This document shows positions 9,461 to 19,155 of a stretch of DNA of 64,000 bases, piece after piece. The notes below the pieces were generated by a model. That model searched no databases. It saw nothing but the letters and a program-made list of their open reading frames with translations, and had not been told where the DNA came from. Position numbers and translations under genes: made by a program. This DNA comes from a virus: positions 32,001 to 96,000 of IMG/VR virus record IMGVR_UViG_3300042691_023183. One strand, given 5' to 3'. Positions within the stretch are counted from its first letter, which is position 1. The number at the start of each line of letters is the position of its first letter.

Positions 9461-9652
9461 ATGTCAACAACGTATACTGAAATAAGTGCCAGTACAGCTA
9501 CAATCACCACTTTGATTGTGAATGATTCTGGCTCATGCACTCCTACTTCAAGCACCACCGGTACATTTGGTCAAATCATCATTTGTGAAAACTACATCTA
9601 CGTGTATGACGGTGTTCAGTGGAAACGTGGTGAGTTTAGCACATATTCTTAA
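9461..9652 (+). CDS. Small paralog of the preceding C-terminal module
   Basis: GTFGQIIICENYIYVYDGVQWKRGEFSTY versus GSFGQVSICENYLYIYDGTKWKRFELSTY. Confidence 0.75.
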   Translation: MSTTYTEISASTATITTLIVNDSGSCTPTSSTTGTFGQIIICENYIYVYDGVQWKRGEFSTYS

Positions 9653-9694
9653 AAAAGTCTGTACACGACGGTATTTTTATGATACCGTCATCTC

Positions 9695-10621
9695 ATGCGT
9701 AATCATCGTTATAGTCTGTGTTGTATTTCTCTTCAACTCCAAGATCAGGGTATTCAAGCGTCTACCATGACCAAAACACGGTTTCTTCAGTTGGAACGTG
9801 TCAACGCTGAACGTATTGTTGCAGATCGTACTCTCAACAACGTATTTGTAACTCGTAAGACCCTTGAGTTTTGCGCAACTCGTAAGTGGAATTACCGTGT
9901 CAGTAGCGGTTTGATGCCTCTGGAAACTCTTCCTGAAGCCAATCTTTCAATTGAAACTACCTACAACTTTGACAAAATCAAACAAGAGTTTGATTTGTGT
10001 GCGTCAGTGATCAAACAACACAACATTCGTTGTTCAACGCATCCTGACCAATTTGTGGTTCCTGCCAGCGCAAATCCTGCTGTGGCTCAAAAGTCTGTCA
10101 TCGAATTGGAATCTCATGGAAAAATGATGGATTATTTGGGTCTTCCTCAATCATATGAGGCTCCCATCAACATTCATATGAATTGTTTCAAAGGTGCTGA
10201 TCTAAAAGACATCGCAAAACGTTTTATTGACGTATACAACGATCTTTCTGTGTCGGTGAAGCGTAGACTGGTTTTGGAGAACGAAGACAAGCCTAACAGT
10301 TGGAATGTGGAACAGTTGTATGAACACATTTATCAACAGACTGGTATTCCAATTACTTACGACAATCTTCATTTTCGGTGTAATCCGGGTCGTCAAACTG
10401 CTACTGAAGCGTTGAAAATGGCTACAACTACGTGGTCTACGTACATTCCATTGTTTCACTTTAGCGATAACGATCCTTCTGAAAAGAATCCTCGGTCACA
10501 TGGACAATATGTTAGGGATATTCCAGTGGAATATGCCACGTATGATGGCAATTTGGATTTGGAGATGGAGTTTAAAGCCAAAGATTACGCCATTGAAAAA
10601 TTTCAATCTGAGTTGAAATAA
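9695..10621 (+). CDS. uvsE: UV-damage endonuclease (UvsE/UvdE)
   Basis: YRVSS, STHPDQF, INIH, RLVLENED, YDNLH, HFS, EFKAKD motifs. Confidence 0.93.
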   Translation: MRNHRYSLCCISLQLQDQGIQASTMTKTRFLQLERVNAERIVADRTLNNVFVTRKTLEFCATRKWNYRVSSGLMPLETLPEANLSIETTYNFDKIKQEFDLCASVIKQHNIRCSTHPDQFVVPASANPAVAQKSVIELESHGKMMDYLGLPQSYEAPINIHMNCFKGADLKDIAKRFIDVYNDLSVSVKRRLVLENEDKPNSWNVEQLYEHIYQQTGIPITYDNLHFRCNPGRQTATEALKMATTTWSTYIPLFHFSDNDPSEKNPRSHGQYVRDIPVEYATYDGNLDLEMEFKAKDYAIEKFQSELK

Positions 10622-10634
10622 AAAAACAATTCTG

Positions 10635-10662
10635 TTGACATCCTGAGTATGTATGATATGAT
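10635..10662 (+). promoter_or_regulatory. Sigma70-like promoter
   Basis: TTGACA-16nt-TATGAT with extended TGn, followed by an A-rich leader. Confidence 0.65.
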
Positions 10663-10723
10663 AGGAGACGTTAGTTACAAAACTAACAAAATAAAAAACT
10701 AAAATACTAAATATAATAAAGTT

Positions 10724-11008
10724 ATGAAGATTATTAATGACGCACGTCGTAAGACGTATTTTGTTCAACGTAAGAACGCCGCAATCAATACTTATATTGC
10801 GGGACCAACCAATGGCGCTCATCGAGCGACCCGTTTGACCCTTCATGTCGGCAAGACCCGACTTGACCTCAACGGTCGTCAGATTCGTGCTCTTCGTAAT
10901 GTCCTCGATACGAGTAAGGCTCTTGCTGGAGTTCGTACCCGTACGGCGATTAAGGCTGCCAAGCCGACAAAGCCTGCTAAGCCTGCTAAGCCGGTTAAGA
11001 CCAAGTAA
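10724..11008 (+). CDS. Small basic protein with histone-H1-like PAK tail
   Basis: Arg/Lys-rich; AAKPTKPAKPAKPVKTK C-terminus. Confidence 0.75.
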   Translation: MKIINDARRKTYFVQRKNAAINTYIAGPTNGAHRATRLTLHVGKTRLDLNGRQIRALRNVLDTSKALAGVRTRTAIKAAKPTKPAKPAKPVKTK

Positions 11009-11030
11009 AACTACTAACATAGACAGAGAT

Positions 11031-11180
11031 ATGGGAAAGACTTATAGAAAGAATTCGGATTCTTTTGAACGCAAGAAAAGGAATCGTAGGTTTGAACAAA
11101 GTCTGAGTAAGAACAAGTCCAAGCCAGGAAAATTCGATAAGAATCGACCATTCGGAAGAGACGAAGAAGAATATGCTTAA
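11031..11180 (+). CDS. Small basic hypothetical protein (49 aa)
   Basis: MGKTYRKNSDSFERKKRNRR...; fills the gap between neighbouring genes. Confidence 0.6.
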   Translation: MGKTYRKNSDSFERKKRNRRFEQSLSKNKSKPGKFDKNRPFGRDEEEYA

Positions 11181-11475
11181 AAAGACTATACTAACCATAA
11201 TGGTAGTATTATCTTTGTTAACCTATAAGTTTGAAGTACTAATACCACTGGGATTCGTCCTAGTGGTATTTTATTTATATCAGGTTCACAAGATGTTACT
11301 TATCAACAAACAAGTTATTGATGAAAATAATGATGACATGAACAGACTTATAACAACTTTACTAAACAACCAAAAGGTGTTATCTTCTGATCTTAAACTG
11401 TTAAGAAATATAAATCATGGCGACAAGAAAAGCATCAACAAAGAAATCCAAAAAAACAACAGCCGAAGAGAGTAG
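11173..11475 (+). CDS. Small membrane protein
   Basis: Two N-terminal hydrophobic stretches. Confidence 0.6.
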   Translation: MLKKTILTIMVVLSLLTYKFEVLIPLGFVLVVFYLYQVHKMLLINKQVIDENNDDMNRLITTLLNNQKVLSSDLKLLRNINHGDKKSINKEIQKNNSRRE

Positions 11476-11935
11476 TACACCTACTGTTAAAGCCTTGGGG
11501 TTGTTTGATCATGTTAACCACATACGTAATGTTCAAAACCCCAAGTATTTTTCAACACTGAGTGACGCTGATAAAAAGAGTTTTGCTCACGTGATGTTGA
11601 TGAAGTTTTTATCGATGGATCGTAACGCTCTTGATTCACTATCTTATATTGGAAAGTATCAAGACGGTATGCCATCTGAGAACTTTTATCAGGTGTTGAT
11701 TGCAACTGTACCTCGTACTAAATATTTTCATCCTTATATCAAACCAGCCAAGACTAAATACTCACTTGAGTTTTATCAGATGTTGGCACAATGGTATGAA
11801 TGTTCTTCGTCAGAGGCAGAAGAATATGCCGAAATTTTAAGTCAAACAGATAGTGGTTTGACCGAAATGATCAATATATGTAAAGCGTATGGTTTGACTG
11901 AGGAAGAAGTAGAAGGATTGATGACAAATGAGTAA
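11417..11935 (+). CDS. Probable clamp-loader small subunit (T4 gp62-like)
   Basis: LFDHVNHI...KKSF..ML.KFLS...FYQVLIATVPRTKYFHPYIK resembles the gp62 family pattern. Confidence 0.6.
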   Translation: MATRKASTKKSKKTTAEESSTPTVKALGLFDHVNHIRNVQNPKYFSTLSDADKKSFAHVMLMKFLSMDRNALDSLSYIGKYQDGMPSENFYQVLIATVPRTKYFHPYIKPAKTKYSLEFYQMLAQWYECSSSEAEEYAEILSQTDSGLTEMINICKAYGLTEEEVEGLMTNE

Positions 11936-12593
11936 AAAAGTTTATATTGGAATATCTGGTGTTGCAAGAAGTGGTAAAAACTTGTTTTGCGACATTTCGA
12001 AGAAAATTGTCACTGAAACATATGGACTATCATGTAGTTCTTATGCGTTGGCATATTATCTCAAGAATGATTGTAAAGAATTTGTACAAGACAAGTTAGG
12101 ATTGGATGTTTTTACAGAAAATACAGAAGACAAAAAAGTATTTAGAGAAATGCTTGTGTGGTATGGAGATGTAAAACGTAAACAAACCCAAGGACGTTAT
12201 TGGACTGAGAAGCTACAACTTGATTTGGAAAAGGATACTTCGGATGTAATTTTTATAACTGATATTCGTTATAACTTTTACCCGAAAGATGAAGTGTTTT
12301 GGATTTACAATGATTTACATGGTCATTTGATTCACGTTTCTAAGTATACTTATGGTTTCCCTACTGATGGCCGACGTATTCGTAGTGATATTGCCAATAC
12401 AACTCAGAAAATTTGGACAGAACCAGCGAATGACCATGAACGTTGGAACGATCCCAAGGTTAAAGCCGAATCCGATTTTATTGTTGAATGGGAACATATC
12501 AAGTCAGACGGAAAAACATACCAAGATATTGTGAATGATGAAAATCTAAACAAGATTGTATCTCCTATTTACGAAACACTGTTCAAAAAATGA
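11928..12593 (+). CDS. Deoxynucleoside monophosphate kinase-like P-loop protein
   Basis: GVARSGKN P-loop, R..L...G...R, ITDIRY..E. Confidence 0.75.
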   Translation: MSKKVYIGISGVARSGKNLFCDISKKIVTETYGLSCSSYALAYYLKNDCKEFVQDKLGLDVFTENTEDKKVFREMLVWYGDVKRKQTQGRYWTEKLQLDLEKDTSDVIFITDIRYNFYPKDEVFWIYNDLHGHLIHVSKYTYGFPTDGRRIRSDIANTTQKIWTEPANDHERWNDPKVKAESDFIVEWEHIKSDGKTYQDIVNDENLNKIVSPIYETLFKK

Positions 12594-13429
12594 AAGGTAT
12601 TATTTTATCTGGAGGTACCGGGAGTAGGTTGTATCCACTTACATGTGCGAGTAACAAACAGTTATTGCCTGTATTTGATAAACCTATGATTTATTATCCC
12701 TTGTCAACGTTGATTAACAAAGGGATACGTGAAATCATGATCATATCAACACCCAAATGGATCACAGAGTATAAAGCGTTGTTTGGAAATGGAAAACAGT
12801 TGGGGTTAAAGATTGTATATGGTGTACAACCACAACCAAAAGGCATTGCTCAATCATTTTTGATTGCGGAAGATTTCATTAAGAAGGATTCTATATCATT
12901 GATCTTGGGTGATAACATTATTTTTGGCACATCGATTGAAACTTTGTTTTCACCCGCACACATACTTGCGTATCCCGTCACAAACCCACGGGATTATGGC
13001 GTGGTTGAGTTTTCTTATGATGGAAGGGTAAAGTCCATAGAAGAGAAACCCGAAGTGCCTAAGAGTAAATACGCGGTTCCGGGGTTGTATTTTTATGACA
13101 ATACGGTGATTGGTATAGCCAAGAAGTTGAAACCTTCGGCTAGAGGGGAATTGGAAATCACCGACGTTAACAAGGTATATCTTGAAAGAAATGAGTTGTA
13201 TGCTACGTTAATGAAACGAGGATCTGTATGGTTGGACGCTGGTACACCCACAACATTGGCACAAGCTAGTAGTTATGTACAAACTATTCAGGAACGTCAA
13301 GGTATCAAAATTGCGTGTATTGAAGAAGATTGTTTGAATAATGGATTTATACGATTGGATCAATACAAGAATATAATTGAAAAAACACCGAAATCCGAAT
13401 ATAGAAATTATTTGGAATCGATCATTTGA
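12590..13429 (+). CDS. rmlA: Glucose-1-phosphate thymidylyltransferase
   Basis: GGTGSRLYPLT, KQLLPVFDKPMIYYP, LILGDN, EEKP, RGELEITD, WLDAGT. Confidence 0.96.
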   Translation: MKGIILSGGTGSRLYPLTCASNKQLLPVFDKPMIYYPLSTLINKGIREIMIISTPKWITEYKALFGNGKQLGLKIVYGVQPQPKGIAQSFLIAEDFIKKDSISLILGDNIIFGTSIETLFSPAHILAYPVTNPRDYGVVEFSYDGRVKSIEEKPEVPKSKYAVPGLYFYDNTVIGIAKKLKPSARGELEITDVNKVYLERNELYATLMKRGSVWLDAGTPTTLAQASSYVQTIQERQGIKIACIEEDCLNNGFIRLDQYKNIIEKTPKSEYRNYLESII

Positions 13430-13444
13430 TATATATTACCGGTT

Positions 13445-14308
13445 ATGATTTTATTATTAGGTGCGTCCGGTTATATTGGTAAAGAGTTCAACAAACAGTT
13501 ATTTCAAAATAACGTGCCTGTTAGAACGTGTGGAGTGTCAACAAAAGAGTTGACATATACGCATTTGGAACTGATGCACAAATCATTAAAATTAACTGCA
13601 ATCGTTAATTGTGCTGGGTATACAGGTAAACCAAATGTAGATGCATGTGAGACAGACAAACACAATACGATTTATGGCAACGTAGTCGTACCAGAAATGT
13701 TGTCGTTGTTTTGTCGTAATCATGGAATTACACTGGGACATGTATCGTCTGGGTGTATTTACACAGGACGTAGGTCAGACGGAAAACCATTTACAGAAAA
13801 AGATCGTCCTAACTTTAGTTTTGAACACAATAACTGTAGCTTTTATAGTGGTACTAAAGCTATGGCTGAAGATGTTATTAGACAGAACTGGGGAAATCAT
13901 TATATTTGGAGATTACGTATACCGTTTGAGGAAAATAACAATCCGAGAAACTATCTGTCTAAGATGTTGAATTATAAGAAGTTGTTGGATGCCGAGAATT
14001 CGATATCCAACAAGTATGATTTTGTCAATGCGTGCGTTCAGTCGTTAAAAAAGAATATTCCATATGGCACATACAATGTGACTAATACTGGATTTGTTAC
14101 TACAAAACAAGTAATTGAAAAGATGCAAAAGACTATTGCCAAGGATAAAGTCTTTGAGTTTTTTGATAATGAAGAAGATTTTTATAAGATTGCTGCAAAG
14201 ACTCCACGGTCAAACTGTGTTATGAGCAATGAAAAACTACTGTCAACTGGTATTACTATGAGAACGGTCGATGAAGCCTTGAACTATTGTTTAGAAAATT
14301 GGAAATAA
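13445..14308 (+). CDS. RmlD-like / bifunctional 3,5-epimerase-4-reductase-type SDR
   Basis: GASGYIG, CAGYTGKPNVDACE, SSGCIY, FYSGTK, LRIP (NRS/ER-like signature). Confidence 0.85.
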   Translation: MILLLGASGYIGKEFNKQLFQNNVPVRTCGVSTKELTYTHLELMHKSLKLTAIVNCAGYTGKPNVDACETDKHNTIYGNVVVPEMLSLFCRNHGITLGHVSSGCIYTGRRSDGKPFTEKDRPNFSFEHNNCSFYSGTKAMAEDVIRQNWGNHYIWRLRIPFEENNNPRNYLSKMLNYKKLLDAENSISNKYDFVNACVQSLKKNIPYGTYNVTNTGFVTTKQVIEKMQKTIAKDKVFEFFDNEEDFYKIAAKTPRSNCVMSNEKLLSTGITMRTVDEALNYCLENWK

Positions 14309-14309
14309 T

Positions 14310-15572
14310 ATGAAATATACAGAAAAAGTTACAAATTGTCGAGTATCAAATGATCAACTTGTTCCATTGTTTACATTGGGAAATTTATTCATTTCAAACT
14401 TTGTTAAGGATCAACCATCAGATGATTTCAAGTCTGAAATGAAGTTGATGTATTCACCTACATCAAAGTTGGTTCAGTTGGAACAGGGCGCTGATCCAAA
14501 CAAAATGTATGGTCAATATTGGTATCGTTCAGGTACAAATCAAACTATGCGTAATCAACTCAAGAATGTGGTTGACAGCTGTATGATGGTTCACAGCCCA
14601 AAGTCTGACAATCCTCTATGGTTGGACATTGCGTGTAATGATGGAACACTATTGAGTTATGTGCCGACACCATATTCAAGGTTAGGGATTGATCCTGCCG
14701 ATGACTCTTATACCAAAGAGAGTGTTAAGTTCGCAGATCAAGTAGTACAGGATTATTTTTCAAAATCAGCGTTTGATAGAAGTTTATTCAAAGGACGTAA
14801 GTGTGATGTAATCACTTGTATCGCAATGTTTTATGATCTACCAGATCCAGTTTCCTTTTTAAACGAGGTTCATGAAGTATTACACGATGAAGGATTGTTC
14901 GTAGTACAAATGAGTTACACTCCATTGATGATTCAACAGATGGCGTTTGATAATATCTGTCACGAACACTTGATGTATTATTCTTTACACTCTTTCAAGT
15001 ATGTTGCCGAAAAGGCTAATTTTAAGATTGTTGATTGTGAGTTGAACGATGTCAATGGAGGATCGTTCAGAGTTTATTTGCAGAAGAATATTGCTAAAGT
15101 TACATCATATGCTACTGCTCCTTATCGTGATGTTGCACGTTATCGTGTAAATTCCACTTTAGAATATGAAAACAAGATCGGTGCAAATACCATTGAGTTT
15201 TACATGGACTTTTATAGGAAACTTCAAGAGTTAAAGGAAAAGACTTATAATTTCATCAAACAAGAAAAGGAAAAGGGTAAGAGTATTTGGGTATACGGAG
15301 CGTCAACCAAAGGAAACACTCTTCTTCAATATTTTGGATTGGATAAAACGTTGATTGATGGTGCGGCAGAACGTAGTCCATATAAGTTTGGATTAAAGAC
15401 AGTTGGAACTGACATTACAATTTATTCCGAACAAGATATGAGAAAGGCTAATCCGGATTATCTTTTGGTATTGCCTTGGCATTTTATTGATGAATTTAAG
15501 AGACGTGAGTCAACATATCTAATGACGGGTGGTCATTTTATAGTTCCATGTCCAGTATTTGAAATTGTATGA
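14310..15572 (+). CDS. NDP-hexose C-methyltransferase (TylC3/NovU-like)
   Basis: YWYRSG, DIACNDGTLL, FDNICHEH, NGGS, YGASTKGNTLL, LPWHF. Confidence 0.9.
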   Translation: MKYTEKVTNCRVSNDQLVPLFTLGNLFISNFVKDQPSDDFKSEMKLMYSPTSKLVQLEQGADPNKMYGQYWYRSGTNQTMRNQLKNVVDSCMMVHSPKSDNPLWLDIACNDGTLLSYVPTPYSRLGIDPADDSYTKESVKFADQVVQDYFSKSAFDRSLFKGRKCDVITCIAMFYDLPDPVSFLNEVHEVLHDEGLFVVQMSYTPLMIQQMAFDNICHEHLMYYSLHSFKYVAEKANFKIVDCELNDVNGGSFRVYLQKNIAKVTSYATAPYRDVARYRVNSTLEYENKIGANTIEFYMDFYRKLQELKEKTYNFIKQEKEKGKSIWVYGASTKGNTLLQYFGLDKTLIDGAAERSPYKFGLKTVGTDITIYSEQDMRKANPDYLLVLPWHFIDEFKRRESTYLMTGGHFIVPCPVFEIV

Positions 15573-16528
15573 AGAAAAATATTTTAGTTACAGGTGGGTG
15601 TGGTTTTATTGGATCACACTTTGTAGAAAAGTTATTGAATGATCCCGATATTGGTTGCATTATTAACGTTGACAAACTAACATATGCAGCCAATAGGGAT
15701 TTGAAGTTCAATGTAGACCAACGATATAAACATTATGTTGCAGATATTAATGATGGAGTTATTTTGTGGCAGACACTAAATAAGTTTGAGATTACTCATG
15801 TAATTAATTTTGCTGCGGAAACTCATGTTGATAATTCAATTTATGCTCCTGATCCATTTGTAACAACAAATGTTCTTGGAACATACAATTTGATTAAAGC
15901 CATATATGACTATGGTAAACTTGAAAAGTTTATTCATATTTCAACTGACGAAGTTTATGGGTCTTTGGGTGCCAAGGAGTCATCCTTCACGGTTGAAAGT
16001 CCATATCGTCCAAATAGTCCTTATTCTGCCACAAAGGCTGCAAGTGATTTGTTGGTACGTAGTTACAACAAAACATATAAACTACCAACTATTATTACCA
16101 ATTGTAGCAACAATTTTGGACCTCGACAAAACGCTGAGAAATTGATTCCGACCTGTATTCGTAAGTTAAAAAACCGAGAACAAATTCCGGTATATGGTAC
16201 TGGTCAGAATGTACGTGATTGGATCTATGTAAAAGATCACGTTAACTGTATTTGGGATGTACTTGAAAATGGTGATGTAGGAAGTCAATATTTGATTGGC
16301 GGTAACAACGAATTGACCAATCTTGAATTGATTGAATACATTAAATCAACGTTTGAAGAAGTAACAAATACCAAGGTAGATTACGACTACATAAGTTATG
16401 TCACTGATCGTAAGGGACACGATTTACGATACGCTATTGAAACTTTTGAGTATGAACAAAAGTTTGGAAAAATGAAATTGACTGATTTCAAAACAGCGTT
16501 AAAGACAACTATTGAAAGTTATATCTGA
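15569..16528 (+). CDS. rmlB: dTDP-glucose 4,6-dehydratase
   Basis: TGGCGFIGS, DKLTYA, FAAETHVDNS, STDEVYG, PYSATKA, RDWIYV, DRKGHD.RY. Confidence 0.95.
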   Translation: MKKNILVTGGCGFIGSHFVEKLLNDPDIGCIINVDKLTYAANRDLKFNVDQRYKHYVADINDGVILWQTLNKFEITHVINFAAETHVDNSIYAPDPFVTTNVLGTYNLIKAIYDYGKLEKFIHISTDEVYGSLGAKESSFTVESPYRPNSPYSATKAASDLLVRSYNKTYKLPTIITNCSNNFGPRQNAEKLIPTCIRKLKNREQIPVYGTGQNVRDWIYVKDHVNCIWDVLENGDVGSQYLIGGNNELTNLELIEYIKSTFEEVTNTKVDYDYISYVTDRKGHDLRYAIETFEYEQKFGKMKLTDFKTALKTTIESYI

Positions 16529-16822
16529 TTAAACATTAAACTCTTGGATGATGGCATTATTTTGAATAAATTTAATATGACCATCACCCAAGGAGTTTTT
16601 GAATAAGTTTATATTATTACTTACTTCAGTTAAAACCAACGATCTGTATTGCATTTCACAATCATTTTTTACACGTTGTTTTTCAGTTCCTCTACAACTG
16701 CAAGTATTTTTAAAACGTTCTACCAATAACACATACTCTTTCAGCTTAGAGACTGAATTGGGTATGTTATTGTGCGTCTTTAGTATGTTATAAAATTCTG
16801 TGAAGTTTTGGACGAGGATCAT
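16529..16822 (-). CDS. Hypothetical protein
   Basis: Last ORF of a long minus-strand operon; CSC...C residues. Confidence 0.6.
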   Translation of the reverse strand: MILVQNFTEFYNILKTHNNIPNSVSKLKEYVLLVERFKNTCSCRGTEKQRVKNDCEMQYRSLVLTEVSNNINLFKNSLGDGHIKFIQNNAIIQEFNV

Positions 16823-16823
16823 A

Positions 16824-17168
16824 TTATCTAAAAAACTTATTTACGATCAGTAAATATATAACAAGTGTAAACACATAAATTACCGGAAATATGTAAAATG
16901 TGGAGAAAATCCATGAAGATAGTAGAGTAAACCAGAATCCAATACACCATGGACAATTAACAAGTTTGGTAAAAAAGTTTGGATATGTTTGTTTTAGCCA
17001 CGACAAATATTCCAAACTGAAATCACTTTCTTGTGCTTTTTCAAATTCACCAATTTTAAACAGACGTTTCAAATTAAATAGGTTGCAGTATTCAACAAAC
17101 GCTTCTGTATGAAACCACACAACCAAAAACGTAACTCCGATAAATATTGTATTTAGTATGTCGATCAT
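16824..17168 (-). CDS. Membrane protein (DUF1360-like)
   Basis: CPWCIGFW motif flanked by TM helices. Confidence 0.65.
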   Translation of the reverse strand: MIDILNTIFIGVTFLVVWFHTEAFVEYCNLFNLKRLFKIGEFEKAQESDFSLEYLSWLKQTYPNFFTKLVNCPWCIGFWFTLLSSWIFSTFYIFPVIYVFTLVIYLLIVNKFFR

Positions 17169-18070
17169 AATGATTTAAATGCGTAGTTATTCTTGTTAAC
17201 AAACTCTCTCAAGCAGTTTCCTAGTTCTGATTCGGCTTTGCTTTTAAAGTTATTTCTATCTTCAAAATAAGTGATGTATTCCTTGTATGGATTGTGTCTC
17301 AATAAATAGTTTTCTGCCACAATGATGTTTTCCATTAAATATTGTTGAAAATCTACTTTATTGAGTTTCATTATTTGTGCTGCAAACATGACATAGGTAT
17401 CATCCACACCGTAGGGACCAAGAACGTCTGGTATATCGGTAAACGTAAGTAGATTGGAACTAATTAGATTGAACCACCCACCTCCAAACTTGGTTGGATC
17501 ACACTTGATAAGATTTACATCTTCACTATATGACTTGCGGTTTACTTCAAAATACGGATTGATGTTTCGTTCACTTCCATATTTGTTGTTGATAAACTGA
17601 TGATTCACCAAGTGATCCCACGTTTGATCCCAAATCTTGGTGATTTGAGGTGTAATAATGTAGTATTGATTCTTAACCTGTTTTGCACAATGTATAGAAT
17701 ACGCTAGAATACCAGATGGAAATACCAAATCCGAATCCAAATATAGAAACGCATCTACATCTTTGCCATACTTACGAACGCTATTACGACGTTTGTCGTT
17801 GATACCTCTACAACTACCGTGGTCATCAACATCAAAGATATAGTTTCTCGCCCAACTAGTGTGAGTCACATATTTACTCATTGACTCAAACTTATCAATA
17901 AAAAAATCCTTGGGTATCTTGGTCTTATTCCAGTCAACCGTATTCAGATTGAGCGTAACATCCAAGGTTATTTCTGACGAATCAATCATCTCTTGACTCA
18001 GCACGGTCAACTGACGTTCAAATTCGTCTAACTCATGAGGTAGAAGATGTGTAACAATTTGTATTTTCAT
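17165..18070 (-). CDS. GT-A fold glycosyltransferase
   Basis: YLDSD DxD motif, GGGWF, YGVDD. Confidence 0.7.
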   Translation of the reverse strand: MKIQIVTHLLPHELDEFERQLTVLSQEMIDSSEITLDVTLNLNTVDWNKTKIPKDFFIDKFESMSKYVTHTSWARNYIFDVDDHGSCRGINDKRRNSVRKYGKDVDAFLYLDSDLVFPSGILAYSIHCAKQVKNQYYIITPQITKIWDQTWDHLVNHQFINNKYGSERNINPYFEVNRKSYSEDVNLIKCDPTKFGGGWFNLISSNLLTFTDIPDVLGPYGVDDTYVMFAAQIMKLNKVDFQQYLMENIIVAENYLLRHNPYKEYITYFEDRNNFKSKAESELGNCLREFVNKNNYAFKSL

Positions 18071-19152
18071 AGTTTTTTACAGGTATGTAGTGCAGATCCA
18101 ATTACTTGATGCATGTCATAGTATCGGTATTCTGCCAATCTACCTCCAAATATAACATTGATTTCATTTTCGGTCAACGCTTTATACTTTTCATATACAG
18201 GCGTATTAACTTTATCATTGACGGGATAATACGGTTCAAGACCCTCTCCGTACTCTCTTGGATATTCACGGGTAATATAGGTGAAGTCTGTATTGACAGG
18301 ATCAAAATGTTTATGTTCAACTATACGGGTTTCTGGATGATGTAATTCGGTATAATTAACAACCGCATTACCTTGATAATCTGGAACCTCAACTCGCTCG
18401 GTTTCAAATTTAAGACTTCTGTAATTTAATTGACCGAATCTGTAGTTATAATAAGCGTCAATTGGACCGGTATAAATTACTTTTTTTGCTATACTATTAA
18501 ACGACTCTTTGTTTTGCAAATAATCTTCATTTAATCGTACTTCAATTCCATTCAATAACTTTTCAAATATCTGAGTGTATCCTCCAATAGGAATACCTTG
18601 ATACGTGTCGTTAAAGTAATTATCATCGTGGTTAAAACGTATCGGCAATCGTTTGATAATGGATGCTGGTAAATCAATTGGATGTCTTCCCCACTGTTTG
18701 GTTGTATACCCTTTTATAAACATCATATAAATGTCTACTCCAACTTGGGATACGATCCACTCTTCCAAGTTTTTAGGGTTGTCGTTTTTGACCCGAACTT
18801 CTTCTAGTTTCTTTTTTGCTTCTTCTGGTGTAGTTACGCCATAAATTTGATGTAATGTAAACAGATTAATCGGAAAAGAGTATAGTGAGTTCTTATAAAA
18901 TACCTTTGGACGGTTGATAAAGTTATTAAACTTAGCAAACTGGTTTACGTAATCCCAAATTTCTTTGTTGGATGTATGAAAGATGTGAGGTCCGTAAACA
19001 TGAACATTGATACCGTCTTTGTTTTCGGTATAACAGTTGCCTCCAATATGGTTGCGTTTATCAATAACCAAACATTTGTTGCCTTTTTTGGTTAGTTCAT
19101 GCGCACATACTGATCCAAACAAACCGCTTCCTACAATCAGATAATCGTACAT
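18067..19152 (-). CDS. glf: UDP-galactopyranose mutase
   Basis: VGSGLFG, HIGGNCY, YGPHIFHT, YQGIP, PYYP, GRLAEYRYYDMHQ. Confidence 0.96.
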   Translation of the reverse strand: MYDYLIVGSGLFGSVCAHELTKKGNKCLVIDKRNHIGGNCYTENKDGINVHVYGPHIFHTSNKEIWDYVNQFAKFNNFINRPKVFYKNSLYSFPINLFTLHQIYGVTTPEEAKKKLEEVRVKNDNPKNLEEWIVSQVGVDIYMMFIKGYTTKQWGRHPIDLPASIIKRLPIRFNHDDNYFNDTYQGIPIGGYTQIFEKLLNGIEVRLNEDYLQNKESFNSIAKKVIYTGPIDAYYNYRFGQLNYRSLKFETERVEVPDYQGNAVVNYTELHHPETRIVEHKHFDPVNTDFTYITREYPREYGEGLEPYYPVNDKVNTPVYEKYKALTENEINVIFGGRLAEYRYYDMHQVIGSALHTCKKL

Positions 19153-19155
19153 AAC

